In this document: piece by piece, positions 52,200 to 63,163 of the stretch
Layout of the letters: every line of letters starts with the position of its first letter
How positions within the stretch are numbered: position 1 is the first letter of the stretch
Assembly: GCF_963921235.1 (NCBI RefSeq)
Contig: NC_086104.1
Location: 3,968,001-4,032,000 of the forward strand
Reading direction: 5' to 3'
DNA from: Mobula hypostoma
Lineage: Eukaryota
Length of the DNA: 64,000 bases
The notes under the pieces: model-generated
The model's database searches: none
Seen by the model: the letters and a program-made list of their open reading frames with translations, nothing else
Told to the model about the DNA's origin: nothing
Translations under genes and position numbers: made by a program

Positions 52200-55100
52200 C
52201 ATTGTTCCTCCAACGTGATGGCACGAGCATTGATTTCTCGAGTTTCCTGTAATGTCAGTACCAATTGGTATCAACGATATAGGTAGAAAAAGGGAGGAGG
52301 TCCTAAAGAGAGAATTCAGGGAGTTGGGTAGGAAGCCGAAAGGCAGTACCTCTAGGGTAGTAATCTCAGGATTGCTGCCTGTGCCACGTGTTAACGAGTG
52401 CAAGGAGAGCATGATCAGGCATATTAATGTGTGGCTGAGAGACTGGAGTAGGGGGCAGGATGCAGATCATTGGGGCCTCTACTGGGGGAGGAATGACCTG
52501 TACAAAAAGGACGGGTTATACCTGAACCCAAAGGGGTCCAATATCCTAGTGGGCACAGTTAATAGAGCTGTCAGGGAGGGTTTAAGCTAATTGGGCAGGG
52601 GGATGTGAACCGGAGTGATAGGGCTGAGGAAGGGGAAAACAGAAATAAATCAAAGATAGCTTGCAACAGAGATGATAGAAAGAACAGGCAGGAGATGAGG
52701 CTTAATCACAGCCAGTGGCATGAGTTACAGGGCAATAGAGGTGTGGTGCAGTTAAAACAGAAAGCAACAAATACTGGACTGAAAGTGTTGTATTTGAATG
52801 CACGTAGCATAAGGAATAAAGTGGATGATCTTGAAATTCAGCTACAGATTGCCAAATATGACGTTGTGGCCATCTCTGAAACTTGGCTAAAGGATGGCTG
52901 CCATTGGGAGTTGAACGTCCAAGGATATTCGGTGTATCGGAAGGATAGGTTAGTAGGCAGAAGGGGTGGTGTGGCCCTGTGGATTAGAAATAATATTAAA
53001 TCATTAGAAAGGGATGACAGAGGATCGAGAGGTGTAGAGTCTCTATGGGTTGACTGAAGAAATGTCAAGGGTAAAAGGACCCTAATGGCAGTTGTATACA
53101 GGCCTCCAATCAGCAGCCGGGATGTGGATTACAAATTACAGCAGGAGGTAGAAAAGGCACATCAGAAAGGCAATGTCATGATAATCATTGGGGATTTTAA
53201 CATGAAAGTGGATTGGGAAAACCAGTTCAGTACTGGACCTCAGGAGAGAGAATTTGTAGAATGTCTAAGGGATGGCTATTTAATTGTTGAGCCCACTAGT
53301 GGATCGGCTGTGCTGGATTGGGTGTTGTGCAATGATCCCGAGGTGATAAGAGAGCTTGAGGTTAAGGAACACTTGTATGGAATGAGCTGCCAGATGAGGT
53401 GGTAAATGCGGATTCTTTTTTAACATTTAAGAATAAGTTGGACAGGTACATGGATGGGAGGTGTATGGAGGGATATGGTCCGTGTGCAGGTCAGTGGGAC
53501 TAGGCAGAAAATGGTTCGGCACAGCCAAGAAGGGCCAAAAGGCCTGTTTATGTGCTGTAGTTTCTATGGTTCTATGAAGTATGTGCAGTGAAAATTACAG
53601 CTGAGAAGGTGCTCAGGAAGCTTAATGGTCTGAGGATGGATAAATCTCCTGGACCTGATGGAATGCACCCTCAGGTTCTGAAGGAAGTAGCTGGAGGGAT
53701 TACAGAGGCATTAACGATGATCTTTCAAGAATCGATAGATTCTGGCATTGTACTGGATGACTGGAAAATTGCAAATGTTACTCTGCTATTTAAGAAGGGT
53801 GGGAGGCAGCAGAAAGGAAACTTTAGACCTGTTAGCCTGACATCAGTGGTTGGGAAGTTGTTGGAAACAATTGTTAGGGATGAGATTACAGAGTACCTGG
53901 AGGCACATGACAAGATAGGCCAAAGCCAGCATGGTTTCCTGAAAGGAAAATTCTAAGTGACAAACCTACTGCAATTCTTTGAGGAAATTACAAGCAGAGT
54001 AGAGAAAGGAGATGCAGTAGACGTGGTGTATTTGGATTTTTAGAAAGCCTTTGACAAGGTGCAGCACATGAGGCTGTTTAGCAAGATAAGAGCTGATGGA
54101 ATTACAGGGAAGTTACTAGTGTGAGTGGAGCATTGGCAAGTCAGCAGAAAACAGAGAGTGGGAATAAAGGGATCCTATTCTGGCTGGCTGCTGGTTACCA
54201 GTGGAGTTCCACAGGGGTCGGTGTTGGGACAGCTGCTTTTTACAATGTAAGTCAATGATTTGGACTATGATATTAATGTATTTGTGGCTAAATTTGTCGA
54301 TAATACAAAGATAGGTGGAGGAGCGGGTAGTTTTGAGGAAACAGAGAGCCTGCAGAGAGACTTAGATAGTTTAGGGAAATGGGCAAAGAAGTGACAAATG
54401 AAATACAATGTTGGAAAGTGTATGGTCATGCACTTTGGTGGAAGAAATAAACAGGCAGACTATTATTTAGATGGGGAGAGAATTCAAAATGCAGAGATGC
54501 AAAGGGACTTGGAGTCATTATGCAGGATACCCTGAAGGTTTACCTCCAAGCTGAGTCAGTTGTGAAGAAGGCGAATGCAATGTTGACATTAATTTCTAGA
54601 GGTGTAGAATATAAAAGCATGGATGTAATGTTGAGAATCTATAAGGTACTCGTGAGACCACACTTGGAGTATTGTGTGCAGTTTTGGGCTCCTTATTTTA
54701 GAAAGGATATACTGACAGGTCTATAGTAGAGAGGGTTCAGAGAATCACGAGAATGATTCCAGGAATGAAAGGGTTACCATATGAGAATTGTTTGGCAGCT
54801 CTTGGGCCGTATTCCCTGGAGTTCAGGAGAATGAGGGGGGATCTCATAGAAACATTTCGAATGTTAAAAGGTCTGAACAGATCAGATATGACAAAGTTAT
54901 TTCCCATGGTAGGGGATTCTAGGACAAGAGGACATGATTTCAGGATTGAAGGATATCGTTTTAGAACTGAGATGCGGAGAAATCTGTGGAATTTGTTGCC
55001 ATGAGCCGCTGTGGAGGCCAAGTCATTGGGTGTATTTTATGCAGAGATAGATAGGTTTTTGATTAGCCAGGGCATGAAAGGGTATGGGTTGAAAGCAGGG

Positions 55101-55208
55101 GAGTTGGGATGACTGGAAGAATTGGATCAGCCCATGATTGAATGACAGAGCAGACTCGATGGGCTGAATGGCCTACTTCTGTTCCTATATCTTAAGGTCT
55201 TATGGTCT
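52200..55208 (+). mobile_element. Long CR1 (ORF1 esterase, APE, RT) with a 202-bp CR1 3' insert at 53375-53576
   Basis: ORF1 IGINDIGRKREEVL...VVISGLLPVP...DGLYLN. APE YLNARSIRNKVDDL. RT pieces at 53588-55004. Tail atggtcttatggtct. Confidence 0.88.
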
Positions 55209-55214
55209 AACCTG

Positions 55215-55620
55215 AGTGAAGTCTTAGCACAACAGTAGGGGAGGCCAGGGATTGATATACCAGAATGGGGAACGGGAAGTGGAAGTAAATTGGATGGCCA
55301 CTGGGAGATCCTGCTTCTTCTGGCAGATGGAGATTAGGTGCTCGCTGAAGCAGTCTCCCAGTATACGACACCAACATACAAAAGGCCTCACTGGGAGCAC
55401 CAGACACAGTTGATGACGCCAACAGACACACTGGTGAAGTGGGACTTCACCCACAAAGACCGTTGCAGCCCTGAATGGTAGTGAGGGTGGAAGTGTAGGG
55501 GTAGATGAAGCACATGCTCCATTTACAAGGATAAGTGCCAGGAGGGATGTCAGTAGGGAGGGATGAATGGACAAGGGAGCCATGTAGGGAGCGATTCTTG
55601 CAGAAAGCAGAAAGTGGAGG
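55215..55620 (-). mobile_element. Penelope-like GIY-YIG fragment
   Basis: Minus-strand ...CWCRILGDCFSEHLISICQKKQDLPVAIQFTS, homologous to 16114-16332. Confidence 0.65.
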
Positions 55621-55944
55621 TATTTTCCTTTTTTCTGCTTCTCTCCCTTCTTGAAGAGTGGAGTGACATTTGCAATTCTTAGTGCAGTGTATAAAATCTT
55701 ATATTGGCCAAGATTTGTGCATTCACATTCAATATTTCTACTTTTGTTCTGGTTGCAGCAACCAGGAGATTGTAGGTCGGTTCAGAACAAAGTGAAAGAA
55801 CTGAGCTCAGGATGGAAACAGTTACACTGCAAGTTGATATTTAATGCGCAAAATATTCATAAATATTTTTGTAAATTTCAAATTATTATGATTGTGTTTG
55901 TGGTTCTTCATCTGCCCTGACCTTCAGTTGTTTACTACCCACAG

Positions 55945-56307
55945 GTGTAAATGCAGGGACAGTCCTGATCCAATCACCAGGAGTTGTGAAGGTGCGTGAA
56001 GGTGGAACGGTGCTGATACAGTGTGTCCTGGAGAGTGACAATGTGGAATACACTGTGGATAAATATGATGTACACTGGTACAACTCACACAATAAACTGA
56101 CAGCTGAAGGATTAGTATTAAGTCTTTACAGTTATGGCCGAGTTTACAGGTCACAGGGCTTCTCCGATCGATTTCAGCTTTCCAGGAATGTCACCACTAA
56201 CAGCTACTCACTGACCATCAGCAACGTGAAGCTCACCGACTCTAAACTTTACATCTGTGGCATTTGGGGGAAGGTCTTTGGAAAGGGAACCCAGCTGAAT
56301 GTGACCA
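55945..56307 (+). CDS. Ig V-set exon 1 with germline-joined J-like segment (VJ domain 1)
   Basis: Acceptor tactacccacag| and donor ACC A|gtgagt; 363 nt, phase 1-1, open. Translation (G)VNAGTVLIQSPGVVKVREGGTVLIQC...DVHWY...RFQLSR...YSLTISNV...DSKLYICGIWGKVFGKGTQLNVT has both Ig cysteines, the core Trp, D-x-x-x-Y-x-C and an FGxGT J motif. Confidence 0.93.
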
Positions 56308-57049
56308 GTGAGTACTTCATGTTGGTTGTATTTCTTGTCACGTCCCTGTATCAACATCTACAAATAACGATGACACCATGGTCCCAGTTTTATAGAAATG
56401 CCTGCTATTATTAGTTTCTGCTGCAGAATAATGAGTGGGACAAACTGATTTTTTTACTGAACAACGTCGATGACTCTTCACTGGCTCCTGAGTTCAGGGG
56501 TAATCAGGGAAAGAGGATAAATGCTGGTATTGCCAGTGACGTCCGTGTCCTGTGAATAGACGAATGCAAGGTGGGGGATGACCATTGCACGGACTCAGGT
56601 GTTGAAAAACAAAAGCACCCAGAGGAAGAGCAGATGCCATCTGAATAAAACAGGACATCGACTGGACTGCAGGCATGATTAAAACAATGAGGATAATAAT
56701 GAGATTTTGGCCACTTACCTCAGAAAATATGTGCTGGTATTGGAGAGACCTAAGACCATAATATATAGGAGCAGAAATTAGCTATTTGCTCCATCATTCA
56801 ATCATGTCGGATCCCCTTTTCCTCTCCTCGACCCTACTCCCCAACCTTCTCCCTGTAACCTGTGATGCCGTGTCCGATCAAGAAAAGATCAAGCTCAGCC
56901 TTAAATATACCCAACGACCTGGTATCCAGCACTGTCTCTGGTAATAAATTACACAAATTCACCACTCTGCCTAAAGAAATTTCTCTGCATGGGAAATGTC
57001 CTTTTCACATATACTCTTTCTAGGCCTATCAACATTTTAAAGGTTTCAG

Positions 57050-57600
57050 TGGGGTGCCCCCTCATCTATCAAAATTCTAGTGAATACAGACCCAGAGCCT
57101 CATATGATAACCCTTTAATTCCAAGAATTATTGTTGTAAACCTCCTCTGAAACCTCTCCAATGCCAGCACGTCTTTTCTCAGATGAGGAGCCCAAAACTG
57201 TTCACAATACTCAAGGTGAGGCCTCACCAGTGCCTTATAAAGCCTCAGCATCACATCCTTACTCTTGTATTCTAGACCTCTTGAAATGAAAGCTAACATT
57301 GCATTTGCCTTCCTCAGCACTGGCTCAACCTGCAAGTTAACCTTTCGGGTGCTCTGCACAAGGATTCCCGGACTTTGCATCTCAGAATTTTGAATCTTCT
57401 CCCAGTTTGGAAAATAGTCTGCATATTTATTTCTACTACCAAAATGCATGACCATGCATTTTCCAACATTGTATTTCATTTGGAACTCTCTTGCCAATTC
57501 TTCTAATCTGTCTAAGTCCTTCTGCAGACTATCTGTTTCCTCAACAATAGAGACCAGTCTTCGTACCATCAGCAAACTTGGCAACAAAGCCACCAGAGTA
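57050..57600 (-). mobile_element. CR1 RT 3' fragment in intron 2
   Basis: ORF 57069-57884: KANAMLAFISRGLEYKSKDVMLRLYKALVRPHLEYCEQFW. Confidence 0.85.
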
Positions 57601-59329
57601 TTTTTTGAGTATGTTAAAAATAAAAAACTGTAACTGTCCATAATGTGCATACTCCTCATGATTTTATAAACTTCTCTGAGGTCGCCTCTCATTCTCTGGT
57701 TTTCCAGGGAATAAAGATCGAGTGTGGCCAACCGCTCCCTATAACTCAGGCCCTCTAGTCCAGGAAGCATTCTCATAAATCTCTTTAGCACTGTCTCCAG
57801 CTCGACATGTCCTTTTGCTAACAGAGTGACCAAAACTGTACACAATACTCCAAGTCTCACTAATAATTCAAACAAGTACAACATACTCTCTCAAATCTTA
57901 CACTCAATATCCTGACTGACAGCTAAATACTATCTTCACCAACATGTCTACCTGTGATGCCACTTTCAACAAACTATGCATTTGTACTCCAAGTTCTGGC
58001 TGTTCTATCTGGTGCCCTCTGTTCGTGTTACTTTGCAAAATGCATCACCTCAGCCTTATCCAGGTTGAAATCAATTTGCCATTCCTCATCCCATCTCCCT
58101 AACAGATCCAGATCTCTTTGTAATTTATTGTCACCTGTTTCACCGTCAACAATTTCCCTTAATTTAGTGGTAGAAAAGTACAGCACAGAAACAGACCCTT
58201 TGGTCCATCTAGCTGGTGCCTATTCCCATCGACCTGCCTGAGAACATAGCCCTGCATACACCAACCATCAATGTACCTCTCCAAACGTCTCTTAAACATT
58301 GAAATTGAGCTTGCATACACCTCCTGTGCTGGAAGCTCGTTCCACAATCTCATGATCCTCTGAGTGAAGAAGTTTCTCCTCGTGTTCCCCTTAAACTTTT
58401 CACCCTTCAACTTCAAATTACACAACCTCAATGGGAAACGCTTCCTTGCATTTACCAGATGTACATTCTGCATATCATCAGAAAAGAATGTTAATCAGAA
58501 TTCAGTCGGAGAATCGACCTGCAACCATCGCACTCTGCTCCCATCATTGAGCCAATTCTGAATCCACCTCTTTAGCTTCCCTGAATCCCATGTAATAAGG
58601 ACACAAGAATGTAATAAATAGGAGCAGGAGTAGGCCATCTGGCCCGTCGAGCCTGCTCCACCATTCAATAAGATCATGGCTGATCTGGCCATGGACGCAT
58701 CTCCACCTACCTGCCCTTTCTCCATAACCCTTAATTCCCCTACTATGAAGAAATCTATCTAACCTAGTCTTAAATATATATACTGAGGTAGTCTCCACTG
58801 CTTTATTGGGCAGAGAAATCCACGGGTTCACCACTCTCTGGGAATAGCAGTTCCTCCTCATCTCTGTCTAAAATCACTTCCCTGAATCTTGAGGCTATGT
58901 CCCCAAGTTCTAGTCTCACCTATCAGTGGAAACAACATTCCTGCCTCTATCTTATCCAACCTTGAAGATTATCCTGCCTTGGGGGACCTTGTCAAAGGCC
59001 TTATTAAAGATGATGGAGACAACATCCACTGTCTTACTGTCAACTAGTCCTTTGGTTACTCCTTTGAAAAACATCCAATGTTTTGTCAATACATGACCTC
59101 CCATGCACAAAAGCCATGCTGACTATTCCTGATCAGACCATAAGACTATAAGACATTGGAGCAGAATTAGGCCACTTAGCCCTTGGTGCTGAGGAAGGTA
59201 AATGCCAGGTTAGCATTCATTTCAAAAGATCTAGAATACAAGAGCAGAGATGAGACTTCGCGATGGTGAGGTTGGGATTAGTGCGGAGAGAGTGGAGGGC
59301 AGTGCGTTCAGAGGGAGTGACAATGTTTA

Positions 59330-60050
59330 GAAACATAGAAACATAGAAACATAGAAAATAGGTGCAGGAATAGGCCATTCGGCCCTTCGAGCCTGCACCG
59401 CCATTTATTATGATCATGGCTGATCATCCAACTCAGAACCCCGCCCCAGCCTTCCCTCCATACCCCCTGACCCCTGTAGCCACAAGGGCCATATCCAACT
59501 CCCTCTTAAACATAGCCAATGAACTGGCCTCAACTGTTTCCTGTGGCAGAGAATTCCACAGATTCACCACTCTCTGTGTGAAGAAGTTTTTCCTAATCTT
59601 GGTCCTAAAAGGCTTCCCCTCTATCCTCAAACTGTGACCCCTCGTTCTGGACTTCCCCAACATCGGGAACAATCTTCCTGCATCTAGCCTGTCCAATCCC
59701 TTCAGGATTTTATACGTTTCAATAAGATCCCCCCTCAATCTTCTAAATTCCAACGAGTACAAGCCCAGTTCATCCAGTCTTTCTTCATACGAAAGTCCTG
59801 CCATCCCAGGAATCAATCTGGTGAACCTTCTTTGTACTCCCTCTATGGCAAAGATGTCTTTCCTCAGATTAGGGGACCAAAACTGCACACAATACTCCAG
59901 GTGTGGTCTCACCAAGGCCTTGTACAACTGCAGTAGTACCTCCCTGCTCCTGTACTCGAATCCTCTCGCTATAAATGCCAGCATACCATTCGCCTTTTTC
60001 ACCGCCTGCTGTACCTGCATGCCCACTTTCAATGACTGGTGTATAATGAT
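59330..60050 (-). mobile_element. Young CR1 3' fragment (same family as 24508-26621)
   Basis: ORF 59433-60032 is essentially the same protein as the C-terminal part of ORF 26618-28246. Tail (agaaacat)n. Confidence 0.92.
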
Positions 60051-60054
60051 ATCT

Positions 60055-60473
60055 CATATACCGTCTAGGTAGTCTCCAGCCCCTTGGTATGAACATAGAA
60101 TTCTCCAACTTCTGGTAATTCCCTCCCCCTCCCTTCCCCTATTCCTATGTCACTCTGCCCCCTCCCCCCAGCTGCCTACCACCTCCCTCATGATTCCGCT
60201 TCCTTCTACTACCCATTGTGTTTTCCCCTATTCTTTCTTCACCTTTCCTGCCTATCACCTCCCTGCCTCCCCTACCCTACCCCTTTATCTTTCCCCTTAC
60301 TGGTTTTTCACCTGGAACCTACCAGCCTTCTCCTTCCCACCCTCCCCCACCTTCTTTATAAGGCCTCTGCCCCTTCCCCCTACAGTCCTGATGAAGGGGT
60401 CCGGCCCGAAACGTCGACTGATCGTTTCCATGGATGCTGCCTGACCTGCTGAGTTCCTCCAGCATGTTGTGAG
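60055..60473 (+). mobile_element. Penelope-like 3' end
   Basis: ggtagtctccagcc...atgaacatagaattctccaacttc, a C/T-rich tract, a hammerhead motif, then gctgcctgacctgctgagttcctccagc. Confidence 0.75.
60383..60420 (+). ncRNA. Minimal type I hammerhead ribozyme motif (Penelope-associated)
   Basis: CAGTC-CTGATGA-A-GGG-GTCCGG-CCC-GAAAC-GTC-GACTG. It has stem I CAGTC/GACTG, an intact CUGAUGA core, stem II GGG/CCC, GAAA, a palindromic ACGT stem III, and a GUC cleavage triplet. Confidence 0.75.
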
Positions 60474-60489
60474 AAGAGCAGGGGTGAGA

Positions 60490-61080
60490 TGCTGAGGCTT
60501 TAAAGGCACTGGTGAGGCCTCACCTTGAGTGTTGTGAACAGTTTTGGGCCCCTCATCTAAGAAAAGATGTGCTGGCATTGGAGAGGGATCAGAGAAGGTT
60601 CATGAGGATGATTCCAGGAATGAAAGGGTTATCATACAAGGAACGCTTGATAGCTTTGGGTTTGTACTCGCTTGAATTTAGAAGGGTGAGGGGAAACCTC
60701 ATTGAAACCTTTCAAATGTTGAAAGGCCTATACAGATTAGATGTGGAAAGGATGCTTCCCATGGTGGGGGAGTCTAGGACAAGAGGGCACAGGCTCTGGA
60801 TAGAGAGGCGGCCATTCAAAACAGAGATACAGAAAAATTTCTTGAACCAGAGTGGTAAATTTGCATAATTTATTACCACAAGCAGCTGTGGAGGCCAGGT
60901 CATTGGGTGTATTTAAGGCAGAGATTGATAGGTTCTTGATTGGATAAGGCATCAAAAATTAGGGGGAGAAGGCCAGACAGTGGGCCTGAGGAGGGGAAAA
61001 AAGGATCAACCATGATTGAACAGTGGAGCAGACTCAATGGGCTGAATGGCCCAATTTTGCTCTTATGTCTTATGGTCCTA
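60490..61080 (+). mobile_element. CR1 3' fragment
   Basis: ORF 60512-60868: RPHLECCEQFWAPHLRKDVLALER...TRGHRL. Confidence 0.85.
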
Positions 61081-62818
61081 TGGACTTGGCTCCCCAGCTG
61101 TCAGGAGCAGTGAATGCTACAGCGTTATCACTCTCTTGCTAAAGAAGTTCCTCCTCACCTTTTAAAGTCTTTTAAGAGACTCCTGGATAGGTACATGGAG
61201 CTTAGAAAAATAGAGGGCTATAGGTAACCCTAGGTAGTTTCTAAAGTAAAGACATGTTTGGCACAGCTTTGTGGGCTGAAGGGCCTGTATTGTACTATAG
61301 GCTTTCTATATTTCTATCTCTGTTCTAAAGGGACATCCTTCTTTGCTGAGGCTGTGCCCTCTGCTCCTTGACTCCCCCACATCATTGCAATGTCCACCCT
61401 GTCTAGGCCTTTTAGTATTCGTAGTTTACAATGAGATTCCCCTTCATTCTTCTATAATTAGACAATAGGTGCAAGAGTAGGCCATTTGGCCCTTCGAGCC
61501 AGCACCGCCATTCACTGTGATCATGGCTGATTATCCACAATCAGTACCCTGTTCCTGCCTTCTACCCATATCCCTTGGCTCTGCTATCTTTTGTGTGAAT
61601 ACAGGCCCAGAACCATCAAATGCTCCACATATGTTAACCCTTTCATTCCTGGGGTTATTCTCCTGTACCACCTCTCCAATTCCAGCACATCCTTTCAAAG
61701 ATGAGGGTTGAAAACTGCTCACCATATCCCAAGAGCAGTTTGATCCATGTCCGGTACAGCCTCAGCATTGCACCTCTTCACCAAGTAAGGTGTGCAGTTC
61801 TAATCACCGATCAAAAGTTTGAAACAGTGCTGAGAAAAGTTACATAGATCTTGCCAGGACTTCAGGACCTGAGTTACAGGGAAACGTTGAATAGGTCAGG
61901 AGTGTAGAACATTGAGGGAAGGTTTTATAGAGGTATTCAAAATTATGAGGGGTATAGATAAGACCACAAGACCACAAAGACAACACATCCTTTCTGACAT
62001 ATGGGGCCCCAAACTGTTGACAATACTCCAAGTACTGCATGACTAGTGTCTTACAAAGCCTCAGCATTATCTCCTTTGTTTCATATTGTATTCCCCTTGA
62101 GGTAAAAACTGGGCATGGGGGAGTTGCACTGCTAATCAGGGACCAGAAATAAGACCAAAAGATATAGGAGCAGGATTTGGCCATTCAGTTCAGCGAATCT
62201 GCTCCGCCATTCCATCATGGCTGATCCTGGATCCTACTCAACCCCAAACACCTGCCTTCTCACCATATACTTTGATGTCCTGACCGATATACCCACGGAC
62301 TTGGCCTCCACCACAGTCTGTAGCGGAGAGTTTTACAGATTCACTACTCTCTGGTTGTAATAACTCCTCCTTACCTCTGATTAACTGATGTCCCAATGAA
62401 CCGGAATCTACTGTATCTGCCTGGAACAGGTTACTGGGGTAGTAGTGGAGCAGGTAGTTTGTTTGACTTTAAGAGGATTTTCAATAGGTATGTGAATACA
62501 ATGGGAATGGAGGGATATGAATGATACATAGGAGGAGGATATTTAACATAAATGAGCATCAAGGTTTTCACAACATCAAGGCCAGATGTTCTGTCCAGTT
62601 CTGTACTGTTCCACGTTCAATTCGAAGTGGGTGGTGATTACCTGAAGCACATATTTATCACCCAGCATTGGTCTCGCCTGAACTCTGTAAACTCAGGAAC
62701 AGCCGCAACATAATATTAATATCAGAAGCAATAAAGTGTTTGTACTTTCACAAGAGGTCATGTAACAAAAGATGTCTGCTTCAAGCTGGGGTTGAAGTGA
62801 CGATATTCTCCCTTACAG

Positions 62819-63163
62819 GTGCAGACGTTCCTGTCCTTATCCAGTCCCCGAGCGTACAGCGTGTCACTGAGGGTCACACGGCGTGGTTATGGTGTACCAT
62901 GAGCAAAGCCAGGGTGGAAGACACCGACGTCCACTGGTATCGGAAACTACCTGGGCAGGACATGGAGTGGGTTTTAACACACAGGGCAGGAGGCAGATCA
63001 GAGAGGGGACGGGGTTTCACTGAGAGGTTCCAGTCCTACAGAGACACGTCCAACAGCAGCTTCACCCTGACAGTCACAGACGTGGTGCACAGTGATTCTG
63101 CTGTCTATTACTGCAGAGTGTGGGAAAACATCGATGGGAATGGCGCCCAGCTCATCGTAACCA
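62819..63163 (+). CDS. Ig V-set exon 2 with germline-joined J-like segment (VJ domain 2)
   Basis: Acceptor tattctcccttacag| and donor ACC A|gtgagt; 345 nt, phase 1-1, open. Translation ADVPVLIQSPSVQRVTEGHTAWLWC...DVHWYRKLPGQDMEWVL...RFQSYRDTSNSSFTLTV...DSAVYYCRVWENIDGNGAQLIVT has a TCR/IgL-like framework with a variant J motif (DGNGA). Confidence 0.93.

Noticed and set aside
63085-63125. Perfect RSS heptamer CACAGTG inside V2 FR3 (GTG CAC AGT GAT)
   Set aside because: No nonamer-like sequence at 12 or 23 bp spacing. It lies within coding sequence (V-H-S-D) and is explained by the codons.
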